Shown here in pieces: positions 27,933 to 36,124 of a stretch of DNA of 64,000 bases (the first letter of the stretch is position 1; the number at the start of each line of letters is the position of its first letter). Position numbers and translations under genes: made by a program. This DNA is from a virus. A model generated the notes under the pieces. The model worked only from the letters and a program-made list of their open reading frames with translations. It made no database searches and was not told the DNA's origin. The stretch spans positions 1-64,000 of IMG/VR virus record IMGVR_UViG_3300021373_002787; one strand, written 5' to 3'.

Positions 27933-29831
27933 TTATCCATCACATGATAAACAATCGGGATCCATTGCTCTTGTTGCAATATCTCCACGTAGAACGCTCT
28001 CCGTTCTCATGTAATAGAGTGTCTTAATACCTTGGTCATATGCTTCGAGATGAACTTGGTTAATAAACTTAGGTTCAGCCTCTTTTGGAAATGCCAAGTT
28101 TAATGATACTGATTGGTCAACATATTGTTGTCTAACTCCTGCCTGTCTCACCAATTCCATTTGATTGATTTCTTTAAATGTTCTAAAAACATCTTTCATT
28201 GGAATAAAGTTATCTTGATCTGCTGTTAGTTTTGATAACTCTTTTTTATGAATAGGTGTACCAAGACCGTTATTATCATTATATAATGTTCCGTGATGTA
28301 CAAAGTAATCATCCATCCAGGCAATTCCCTGAACGCTTCCTCCGTCCTCTAGTATCTTATTCCAAGTTGTTTTTGTATTCTTACCAATTGCCTCGAGTGC
28401 CGTTTCAAGTGTTGGGTTCTTGCGAATGAATGTTCCTTTTGCCGTTTGCTCAGTAAATACGTTTGCTGCCCATGGCTCTACTCCTGGAGAAACATTACCA
28501 CTCAACTTTGAATTAGAAACTGTTGGAGCAACTGCTCGTAAGTGAGTGTTGCGCATTCCAGTACCAACACACCATAGAGGTTCTCCGTACTCTTTTGCCA
28601 TATCACGACTTGCTTTCTCGCTTTCGGTCTTTAATTCACTAAAGATCTTACGGGTTTCAAATTGAGCTGATAAGCCTTCAAATGGAATGTTACGATCTTG
28701 TAGGTATGTGTGCCATCCTAGGACTCCAAGTCCTAATGCTCTTCCTTTTTCTGCTGAACGAATAGAGTTCTCAAACCCTCGCATGTATTTTGCCTTTTGA
28801 ATAAACTCTTCAAGAACTCCATCAAGGAACCAAGTTGCTGTGTAAATTAGATCAGTATCTTTCCACTCATCATATTTAGTCAAGTTGAGTGATGATAGAC
28901 AACATACAAAAGAATGGTTCTCGTCAGTATGGAGAGCAATTTCAGAACAGATGTTTGTCATAAATACTTTTAGACCATTATTCTTATATGCATCTGGGTT
29001 TGCATTATTTACATTACCCTTAAACATAATGTATGGTTCTCCAGTAGCTCTTCTTTTTCTAAGAAGAGCTGCCCATCTCTTGCGAGCCTCTTTGTCTCCC
29101 TCTTTGATTCTTTGCATAAACCCATCAGGAACAATAACACATTGATGAAGGTTAAGTGATTGTCTGTTTACGTCTCCTTTCGGTTCACGAATTTCTAACC
29201 ATTCCCAAAAGTCTTTGTGTTCAATATCAATATTTACCGATGCTGCTCCTCTACGAACTGAGCCCTGATTTGTCGCAAGAATCGTTGAATCATAAATCTT
29301 ACAAAACGGGACAACACCATCACTGGTACCGTTTCCTCTAATTGTGGCTCCGGCTGGTCTGATTTGGTTGATTCCAATACCAACTCCACCTCCATGTTTT
29401 GCCAACAACATCATCTCTAGATTTTTTGCACCGATATCATGAATTGAATCGGCGACATCAATTCCAAAACAAGAGATTGGCAACCCTCGCTCGGTTCCAG
29501 TATTTGATAAAACTGGAGAAGCAAGGTTTAACCATCCCTTCCAAATATAATCAAAGAATTTACTTGCCATTTCAGGTCTTTGAAGTCTTTTTGCGACTGT
29601 TGTCGCTACTCTCCAATAGGCATCTTTCGGGGTCTCACCTTCTAATAGGTAACCCTTACTTATGGTCTTAACATAAACTTCTGTATTTGCCCATGTTGGA
29701 AAATCAACTCCTAGCTCCCAATCAAGATGAGAACCCTGGTTTTTTTCTGATTGTTCTGAGAAACTGTTGCTAACTGCTTTTTTTTGTATTTCTTTTAATT
29801 CTTTTGAATATGCTTTATCTTGTCTTTGCAT
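27933..29831 (-). CDS. nrdA: Class I ribonucleotide reductase alpha subunit
   Basis: LPISCF, GGGVG, QGSVRRGA, TNICSEI, CCLSSLNL, AVAPT, KTLYYMR, C-terminal CLSC. Confidence 0.97.
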   Translation of the reverse strand: MQRQDKAYSKELKEIQKKAVSNSFSEQSEKNQGSHLDWELGVDFPTWANTEVYVKTISKGYLLEGETPKDAYWRVATTVAKRLQRPEMASKFFDYIWKGWLNLASPVLSNTGTERGLPISCFGIDVADSIHDIGAKNLEMMLLAKHGGGVGIGINQIRPAGATIRGNGTSDGVVPFCKIYDSTILATNQGSVRRGAASVNIDIEHKDFWEWLEIREPKGDVNRQSLNLHQCVIVPDGFMQRIKEGDKEARKRWAALLRKRRATGEPYIMFKGNVNNANPDAYKNNGLKVFMTNICSEIALHTDENHSFVCCLSSLNLTKYDEWKDTDLIYTATWFLDGVLEEFIQKAKYMRGFENSIRSAEKGRALGLGVLGWHTYLQDRNIPFEGLSAQFETRKIFSELKTESEKASRDMAKEYGEPLWCVGTGMRNTHLRAVAPTVSNSKLSGNVSPGVEPWAANVFTEQTAKGTFIRKNPTLETALEAIGKNTKTTWNKILEDGGSVQGIAWMDDYFVHHGTLYNDNNGLGTPIHKKELSKLTADQDNFIPMKDVFRTFKEINQMELVRQAGVRQQYVDQSVSLNLAFPKEAEPKFINQVHLEAYDQGIKTLYYMRTESVLRGDIATRAMDPDCLSCDG

Positions 29832-29848
29832 TTTTAAACATTTTAATT

Positions 29849-30280
29849 TTATATAAACATCAAGAAGACTGTTCTCTTGCCTTCATGTGAAGTAACCATA
29901 TGCCATTCATCTGATGTATGCGCACATAGGTCGCCGATTGATCTTTCCTGCTTGACAACGTTGGTTTTTCCTTCATCATCAGCATAATATGTTTCTCCTC
30001 CTGTAAAAGATCCATTTAATAAGATAGAAACTCCTACCTGGCACCACAACATATGATTATTGTCACCAGTGTCTTTGTGCCATCCATGTCCTTGTGGCAT
30101 TGTTTCTATTCTCCAATAAGATTCGTCCTTAATTTCAAAGTTAAAATGTTCTCTTAACCTATCAATAACCTTACCGGCTATAGGATTCTGAACCTTATTA
30201 ATCTTATAGGAACCAGGTTTTGTCCCTAATAAGAGGGATATTTCATCCATTGTTAAAAAATCTTTCTCGAATATTCTCAT
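29849..30280 (-). CDS. 2OG-Fe(II) oxygenase superfamily protein
   Basis: HxD (WHKDTG), SILLN..FTGGET, distal His (WHMVT) and Arg (GKRTV). Likely start at ATG 30280. Confidence 0.8.
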   Translation of the reverse strand: MRIFEKDFLTMDEISLLLGTKPGSYKINKVQNPIAGKVIDRLREHFNFEIKDESYWRIETMPQGHGWHKDTGDNNHMLWCQVGVSILLNGSFTGGETYYADDEGKTNVVKQERSIGDLCAHTSDEWHMVTSHEGKRTVFLMFI

Positions 30281-30282
30281 TG

Positions 30283-31287
30283 TTAAAACAAATCGTCTTC
30301 GTCCCAATTTTCATCTTCTCCAGCCTTTGAGTAGTCAGTCGGCCTAATCGCAAAAAAGTCAGTGTGTGTTGTTCCTCCAGTCAAATGATAAAACCAATCT
30401 AATTCAGAGGCTTTTTCTTCATCAAACTCCATAAACGGCCCTTCAACATATCCAAGCTCCGCGATCTTTTCATTTGCCCTCTTTATGATAAAATGCTTTA
30501 GGTCATCTGCTTTAAGATTCTCTAGATCGCCCATTTCGAACATCTTTTCGATAAACTTGTGTTCCATTTCGACCATTAACTCAGCGGCTCTGATAACATC
30601 ATCTCGCACCTCATCTTTTAGTTCAGGGTATTCTTCACACATATGACGGAATAGTTGACATCCCATTCTGCTGTGTAATGATTCATCTCGAACTGACCAT
30701 TTCATTTGTTGACCAATACCTTTCAATAAGTTTCTCATTTGGAAAGAGTATAAAACAGCAAATGAACTGTAGAGAGAAACTCCCTCTGCAAATGCCGAAA
30801 AAATAGCAAGACTTCTTGCAACTTGTTTTCTGGCTTCTGAACTTTTTGCTAGGTCTTCGTGTGTCCAGTCTGCTTCAACTGATGTTAAGTGCTCGAATTT
30901 ATCGGCTGTAGCTGGCTCATGTAGAAATGCGGTGAAATCTTCAAGTCCCAGTGTTTCGTTTAAATATGAGTAAGCAGTAGCATGGATCGTTTCTTGTGAC
31001 CCGAACATCATTGCCATTTGTTTTATTTCATGTTTTGGAAACCAATTTGTAACCATTCCAGTCCAATAGTCTGAAACCGCACATTCTGTTTGTGCAAATC
31101 CTAAAAGAATGTTACCTACCAGATTTTTCTCATGTGGTTCCATTCTTTCATTCCAATCTTTTACATCTCCTTGCATAGAGATTTCTGTATGCAGCCAAAA
31201 TGCTTGTGCTTGTTTAAGCCAACCCTCCGTATAATAGATTGGATATTCAAATGGCTTAAATTCTATTCTTTCATGAAATAATGACAT
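30283..31287 (-). CDS. nrdB: Class I ribonucleotide reductase beta subunit
   Basis: FKPFEYP, FWLHTEI, ETIHATAYS, EGVSLYSSF, RDESLH, HTDFFAIRPTDYSK. Confidence 0.97.
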   Translation of the reverse strand: MSLFHERIEFKPFEYPIYYTEGWLKQAQAFWLHTEISMQGDVKDWNERMEPHEKNLVGNILLGFAQTECAVSDYWTGMVTNWFPKHEIKQMAMMFGSQETIHATAYSYLNETLGLEDFTAFLHEPATADKFEHLTSVEADWTHEDLAKSSEARKQVARSLAIFSAFAEGVSLYSSFAVLYSFQMRNLLKGIGQQMKWSVRDESLHSRMGCQLFRHMCEEYPELKDEVRDDVIRAAELMVEMEHKFIEKMFEMGDLENLKADDLKHFIIKRANEKIAELGYVEGPFMEFDEEKASELDWFYHLTGGTTHTDFFAIRPTDYSKAGEDENWDEDDLF

Positions 31288-31319
31288 AATATTCTTATAA
31301 TACCTTATTTTTTAGACTA

Positions 31320-31351
31320 CAAAGGGTCTAAATAGAGATTTAGACCCTTTG
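31320..31351. other. Perfect 14-bp hairpin in the polB-N/nrdB intergenic region
   Basis: CAAAGGGTCTAAAT-AGAG-ATTTAGACCCTTTG; weak U-tract. Confidence 0.7.
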
Positions 31352-31367
31352 GTTGTTGGTTGTTTTT

Positions 31368-31375
31368 TATATATC
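31368..31375 (-). promoter_or_regulatory. Putative late promoter GATATATA (nrdB)
   Basis: Intergenic motif upstream of nrdB. Confidence 0.5.
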
Positions 31376-31403
31376 AAACTCTCCAAAGGGATGATGCACT
31401 TTT

Positions 31404-32804
31404 CTACTTAAATTTTTTTTTAAGTTCATGTGCTTTTTCGTAGTATTCATATGAGGTCTTTTTATAGTCTTTACGTTGAGCATATAGATCACTCAGGATT
31501 CTTTTAAGAATTGAGTCCTCTTTTGAATAGACTACACCATTTTCACAGACAATTTCATCAGGATTCTTCCTACGTTCTTCGATTTGATCCTTTGGTATCA
31601 TATCGATATATGCATCAGGAGAAATGTTAAACTGTCTCATAACTGACGGATATAGGGATGCGAAGTCAAATGCACTTACTCCAGAATAATAACCGACGAT
31701 TGGTTGTTTTACAAATGCTCCAGCATATTTACCGTCCTTCTTGCCTTCTTCTCGATTGTAATCAACTCCAATCTTATGATTTGTTTCAGTAAGCTTTCTA
31801 GCCATTAGAGCCTCGGTAACTGCCACTGGAGAAGCTGCTTTGTAAAGTGGCATCTGTGTAATTGTTGCAAGAGTCAAGAGTACTTCCATTGACTTTAACT
31901 TTTGGTCAATGTAATATACGAGTATTGAATCGACAACATTATAATAAACATACTTTTGAAAGTCGTTTTCATAAAGGTCCTGTAGACCTCCAGTATATTT
32001 AATCTTTGCGACATCAAGTACTTGACCTGAAACAAAATCGAGTTTATTTGACTCTTTTACTTTTACACTTCGATCATACTTATCATAAAGTTGCATATAA
32101 TCGAGAATGCCCATATGGAGAGGACGACTATCATTATTATCAAGAGAACCGGTAACTGCAACATCCGTTAAGTCAATTTGAAGTCTCTTACAACGATTAA
32201 CAATATACTGCCAGTCATAATTGATAAAGTTCCAGCCTGTCATCATTGGAAACTTAGGAAGGAATTTATGTAAGAACGTATACAACATATTGTATTCGTC
32301 TTTAAACTTATAATAACTAAACTCCCAGTCCTGATCGTACTTTTTAAAGTGCTTAAGTGTATCGTCTTCGATCTTTTTAATTTGTTCAGCTGACAAATCT
32401 TCAAGACCCAGCACGATTGCCTTTCTCTCAGGTGTGATTATTGAGAATGTTAAGATTCTACTCTTAGCCTCTTCTGCTCTTGGAAAACCATCGAGGATTT
32501 CAGTTTCAATATCGACAAAGTATGTTCGTGGAATATTAAACTCAAATATTTCTTCGCGATCGCGTTCTGGTAGAGAATCCATAAAATAAACAAGCGAGAA
32601 CTTATTAAATGATCTCGCTCGCTGTCTTTTAATAGGTCTTCCGTCCCAATTTGTGAAACTTCCGTCTTTCCACTTATCTTTTTCTTCTGTAACTACCCAA
32701 TTCTCGAATTGACTGACTGGGTACCTCTTAAATGCTACTTTACCCTCTTTGTTATAATATGATACGATTACCTCTTGGTCTTTTTGTTCTATATCTAATA
32801 GCAT
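31404..32804 (-). CDS. DNA polymerase B, N-terminal half (3'-5' exonuclease + motif A; gp43A-like)
   Basis: ExoI FVDIETE, ExoII TGWNFINYDWQYI, ExoIII YNVVDS, YAGAFVK, motif A FDFASLYPSVM; ends within the fingers helix. Confidence 0.93.
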   Translation of the reverse strand: MLLDIEQKDQEVIVSYYNKEGKVAFKRYPVSQFENWVVTEEKDKWKDGSFTNWDGRPIKRQRARSFNKFSLVYFMDSLPERDREEIFEFNIPRTYFVDIETEILDGFPRAEEAKSRILTFSIITPERKAIVLGLEDLSAEQIKKIEDDTLKHFKKYDQDWEFSYYKFKDEYNMLYTFLHKFLPKFPMMTGWNFINYDWQYIVNRCKRLQIDLTDVAVTGSLDNNDSRPLHMGILDYMQLYDKYDRSVKVKESNKLDFVSGQVLDVAKIKYTGGLQDLYENDFQKYVYYNVVDSILVYYIDQKLKSMEVLLTLATITQMPLYKAASPVAVTEALMARKLTETNHKIGVDYNREEGKKDGKYAGAFVKQPIVGYYSGVSAFDFASLYPSVMRQFNISPDAYIDMIPKDQIEERRKNPDEIVCENGVVYSKEDSILKRILSDLYAQRKDYKKTSYEYYEKAHELKKKFK

Positions 32805-32827
32805 TCAACTTATATTTTAATTAGTGT

Positions 32828-32854
32828 TTATATACGAGAATCGTGAGATGTTTC
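32828..32854 (-). promoter_or_regulatory. Putative middle promoter GAAAC-N17-TATAA within the mgsA 3' end
   Basis: Exact spacing, upstream of polB-N. Confidence 0.6.
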
Positions 32855-33229
32855 CACCCGGCTACTTAAATATTTAGCAATAATATGGGCTGCTTTATAA
32901 TTTGTTGCAAGCGGTACATTATGAACATCACATAGCCGCATTAGCATTGAAATATCTACATCATGTGGGTGTTTGTCGAGTGGGTCTCTAAAAAAGATAA
33001 CTGCATCCATTTCTTTTCGGGCAACCATTGCTCCGATTTCTGCATCTCCTCCAAGAGGACCACTGTTGACGCGCTCTACCTTTTCCACTCCAGCGTGCAA
33101 GATGCTGGATCCTGTTGTTCCCGTTGCTACAAGTTCTACGTCTTCCCGGTTGAAAAAGTCTAGTCTCTTCATAACAAAGGCAACCATGTCGGCCTTTTTG
33201 CCATCGTGTGCTATTAGTGCTATTTTCAT
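32828..33229 (-). CDS. mgsA: Methylglyoxal synthase
   Basis: IALIAHDGKK, ATGTTG, SGPLGGDAEIG, IFFRDPL..HPHDVDISML.RLCDVHNVPLATN: all canonical motifs. Confidence 0.96.
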   Translation of the reverse strand: MKIALIAHDGKKADMVAFVMKRLDFFNREDVELVATGTTGSSILHAGVEKVERVNSGPLGGDAEIGAMVARKEMDAVIFFRDPLDKHPHDVDISMLMRLCDVHNVPLATNYKAAHIIAKYLSSRVETSHDSRI

Positions 33230-33831
33230 TTATTATCATTTAAAAATTTAAGTATTTTATCCTTTATGCCGGACTGCTTAATTCCTTCGTTAGATCTTGG
33301 AGTATGTACAAAATTGATTAAACCTGGCTTATTATCCGAGCCATCTTTTGCCGCAAACCTATCTCCTAAGAATTCAACTCCCATATCTAAATCATCAATT
33401 GCAACCCAGTCCGTAACCTCGTTGTTATCTAACCAGTGTTGAATTTCCATACTGCGCTCTAATTCAAGATCTGCCCTAGATCTCAACCTCGACCATTCAC
33501 TTGGAAATAAGTCTTTAAACATTCCAGTAGCGTCAATCGGTCTCTTTATAATACCCTGAGACTCGTAGTAATCTCCCAATTCTTCCAGGTTTGCATGAAA
33601 TCTCCAATCTGATGATACTACTATCTCCGCTCCTGTTTCTTCTAGGATTGAGTTAAGTAATTTGACTGCTTTCTTGTCAAAGTTATCGAAACGCACTTCA
33701 ACTGGCCCATTAGCACCAAAGCCTCTACGGGGGTTATCTTCGGTAAAGAATGCCCTCTGTTTTTTAAAGCGAGTGCCCCAGTTATTTGAGAGGCAGATTA
33801 CACCATCATTGTCCAAAAAGATTACCTTCAT
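33226..33831 (-). CDS. HAD-superfamily phosphatase (type found in RNA-repair 'Swiss Army knife' proteins)
   Basis: MKVIFLDNDGV (motif I), IVVSSDWR, WVAIDDL. True start probably ATG 33831. Confidence 0.8.
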   Translation of the reverse strand: MKVIFLDNDGVICLSNNWGTRFKKQRAFFTEDNPRRGFGANGPVEVRFDNFDKKAVKLLNSILEETGAEIVVSSDWRFHANLEELGDYYESQGIIKRPIDATGMFKDLFPSEWSRLRSRADLELERSMEIQHWLDNNEVTDWVAIDDLDMGVEFLGDRFAAKDGSDNKPGLINFVHTPRSNEGIKQSGIKDKILKFLNDNK

Positions 33832-33836
33832 ATCGT

Positions 33837-33863
33837 TTATATAGGCAGGTTTACACTTGTTTC
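33837..33863 (-). promoter_or_regulatory. Putative middle promoter GAAAC-N17-TATAA
   Basis: Exact spacing, just upstream of the HAD ATG. Confidence 0.6.
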
Positions 33864-33868
33864 CTATG

Positions 33869-33908
33869 CTAATATAAACAAAAAGCCTGACATAAAAAAT
33901 GTCAGGCC
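33869..33908 (-). promoter_or_regulatory. Combined terminator hairpin and early-type promoter
   Basis: GGCCTGACAT-TTTTT-ATGTCAGGCT-TTTT hairpin whose loop and 3' arm form TTTTTATGTCA, followed 11 nt later by TATATTAG. Confidence 0.6.
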
Positions 33909-33943
33909 AATTATTTTGCAAAAGTGAGTGTTTTATTTATATC

Positions 33944-34264
33944 TTAATAAAGATCATCAAGTAGTGTTTGTAGACGATACACTAACTCACCCCACATATC
34001 AGAACCTGTTGAGACAGGTTCTAACCCAAGTTTATCAAAGCGTTTTGTTTTAGGTTTATATTTTCTCTTAATATTTTTTAGAGATTGTTCTAAATCTTTT
34101 TTTGCATCTGTTACTAAAGATTCATATTCATCTACAAGGCTATTGTAATCATCAACCCATTTATTTATGTCTTCTGCATCACTTTCTACAAGATCTTGAA
34201 GCGACATGGCCTCATTAACGAAGTCATTGCTTAAAAAGCTCTCAAATGTTTTTAAATGTTTCAT
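33944..34264 (-). CDS. Capsid-targeting-motif small protein
   Basis: MKHLKTFESFL...FVNE start. Confidence 0.75.
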   Translation of the reverse strand: MKHLKTFESFLSNDFVNEAMSLQDLVESDAEDINKWVDDYNSLVDEYESLVTDAKKDLEQSLKNIKRKYKPKTKRFDKLGLEPVSTGSDMWGELVYRLQTLLDDLY

Positions 34265-34316
34265 TTTTCTACGTTTTTTTTCAGTGCCGCTAGTTTAATA
34301 AAGTAAAGTGAGTATT

Positions 34317-34868
34317 TTATCTAAAGTCCGCTCTAACTTTAAACTTTCTATCTTTAATAATGTTATTCATCTCGTTAGAAAGGTAGGCTAAGATTTCCAT
34401 CTGAGCATTCTTAGCAGCTTCATCAACAGAATCTTCGGACATATATCTTGAAAAATCTTCCCAATTATTTGCAGTTTCTTTATACCAATCTTTAAACTCT
34501 TCAATTAGGTTCGTTGCTGGTACATCAAAACTCGGTAGTTCAATATATTCTTCATTGACTTTAGATTCATTAACTGTAAGTTCGTATCTGTACTTAAATG
34601 CTTTATCTGCTGTAGACTTTGACATCGTTTTAGCTTTGATGCCCATCTTTTTAAGTTTAGCTTCAGTTTCTTTGCGATCGTAATTATCTTCAAATCTTAA
34701 AACTAATTGATTACCCCAGTTTTCACTTTCGACATACTCAACAGAGTTTGCACCTATGCCATATGGGTTGTCTTTATACTTATTTACAAGATCTTGAAAT
34801 GTGATTGCCTCATTTGTAAGTTCACTAGCTTCATTTACAAATGATTCAAAGTTATTTAAGTGTTTCAT
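34317..34868 (-). CDS. Capsid-targeting-motif modular protein
   Basis: MKHLNNFESFVNE start; further LTNE and VNESKVNE junctions. Confidence 0.75.
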   Translation of the reverse strand: MKHLNNFESFVNEASELTNEAITFQDLVNKYKDNPYGIGANSVEYVESENWGNQLVLRFEDNYDRKETEAKLKKMGIKAKTMSKSTADKAFKYRYELTVNESKVNEEYIELPSFDVPATNLIEEFKDWYKETANNWEDFSRYMSEDSVDEAAKNAQMEILAYLSNEMNNIIKDRKFKVRADFR

Positions 34869-34879
34869 AATTATTTAAT

Positions 34880-35485
34880 TTATTTTACTTTAATTTCAGT
34901 TCTAATCTGTAAGGTCGATCTTCCTCCATAAATACCGATAACAAATGAAGGTATAATTTTATTTATGTCAAGCAAATATTGAAATGGAACAGCAGTTACC
35001 GGCAATTCTATAAACCAGACCCCATAATTATTATTAGCACTCATTTGATATTTTTTGAATGGTAATATTTTCACCAATTCGTTAATGATGTTTTCAACCT
35101 CTTGAGGGTATTCTCCAGTTTTGGCTTCATTTACAAAGGATTCAAAGTTATTTAAGTGTTTCATTTTTCTTTTCTTTTTTTTGTATTCCTCTTCTGCATC
35201 GCCTTGGCCTGCAGGAACATCACCAGAACCGTTCTCTGTAGATGTTGGAAGCTTGACTGGTCCGATTCCTCCGACGCTATCAATTGAGATATTTTCAACA
35301 ACCTCTGGGAGGCCTTCGTGTTTTGTTTCTGCAAAACCTTTTAATTGTTTTAGAGTCATACCACTGACAAGATCTTTTACTTTGTCTCTATAATCTGAAT
35401 CGACGTCCGAAATCTGCATATCGCCCTTTTTAACAGCGTATGCTACTCCCATTAATCTTTGCTGTGTTTTACTTTGACTTGGCAT
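34880..35485 (-). CDS. DUF3008-like domain fused to an internal capsid-targeting-motif module
   Basis: MPSQSKTQQRLMG.A.A.K.G...MTLKQLKGFAETKHEGLP (DUF3008-like by recall), then an internal MKHLNNFESFVNE starting at 35164. Confidence 0.65.
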   Translation of the reverse strand: MPSQSKTQQRLMGVAYAVKKGDMQISDVDSDYRDKVKDLVSGMTLKQLKGFAETKHEGLPEVVENISIDSVGGIGPVKLPTSTENGSGDVPAGQGDAEEEYKKKKRKMKHLNNFESFVNEAKTGEYPQEVENIINELVKILPFKKYQMSANNNYGVWFIELPVTAVPFQYLLDINKIIPSFVIGIYGGRSTLQIRTEIKVK

Positions 35486-35531
35486 TTACGAAATCTTCAT
35501 ATAGTTTTACGTGCTCTATTGTTTAAATATT

Positions 35532-35897
35532 TTATAGCTTTAGCCCTATCGAAATTGCAGTTACATATTCTTTGGCGTAAGCAGGTGATCTTTTAGATTT
35601 ACTTACAAATGGTAATTTCTTAATGCTTGATATGGCCCGCTTTACATCAAACTTATCTAATACATGGTTTCGTTCTGCTAGGTCTGTTGCCGTTGCCGTT
35701 AAATTATATCCACCAATTTTATTATCATAACTTGGCAAAGCTTGTATTTTCCAGTACATGTGTCCTGTTGCTTTATAAAGATCATCTTTGATTTCCTTTT
35801 TGTGGGCGTCTACTGCATCGACAACTTTTTTGTAATCTTCTCTGCTCATAGATTCATTTACGATTAAGAATTCTTCAAATAATTTTACGTGTTTCAT
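35532..35897 (-). CDS. Capsid-targeting-motif small protein
   Basis: MKHVKLFEEFLIVNE start. Confidence 0.75.
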   Translation of the reverse strand: MKHVKLFEEFLIVNESMSREDYKKVVDAVDAHKKEIKDDLYKATGHMYWKIQALPSYDNKIGGYNLTATATDLAERNHVLDKFDVKRAISSIKKLPFVSKSKRSPAYAKEYVTAISIGLKL

Positions 35898-35908
35898 TTT
35901 TATTTTGA

Positions 35909-36103
35909 TTAGAATTTTTGATATTTTGATGTAAAATCTATCATTTGGGGTCCCATTTTCCTAATAAAATCAATAGTTTGTTGAGATATATCTGAAGTGT
36001 TTTCTAAATAATCACAAGCTTCTTCAATTTCTTTCTTTAATGCTGATGTAGAGATTACCTTTGCTTCATTTACGAAATGTTCAAGTAATTTTACGTGTTT
36101 CAT
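35909..36103 (-). CDS. Capsid-targeting-motif small protein
   Basis: MKHVKLLEHFVNE start. Confidence 0.7.
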   Translation of the reverse strand: MKHVKLLEHFVNEAKVISTSALKKEIEEACDYLENTSDISQQTIDFIRKMGPQMIDFTSKYQKF

Positions 36104-36124
36104 TTTTATTAGTATAGTTTTTAA

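Noticed and set aside
25325-32804. Intron, intein or frameshift explaining the split polymerase; introns or inteins in nrdA, nrdB or terL
   Set aside because: The intervening DNA is ordinary genes, with no intein terminal motifs or homing endonuclease; nrdA, nrdB and the visible terL read continuously.
7053-33921. Long N-terminal extensions given by the ORF track for gp44 (8090), clamp (27320), oxygenase (30307) and HAD (33921)
   Set aside because: The extensions run through promoter motifs or neighbouring genes; downstream ATGs (8009, 27272, 30280, 33831) fit better.
35165-35181. A-rich run (KKKKRK) as a programmed frameshift site
   Set aside because: Both parts are already in one frame and no downstream stimulatory structure is evident; it is better explained as an A-rich initiation region.
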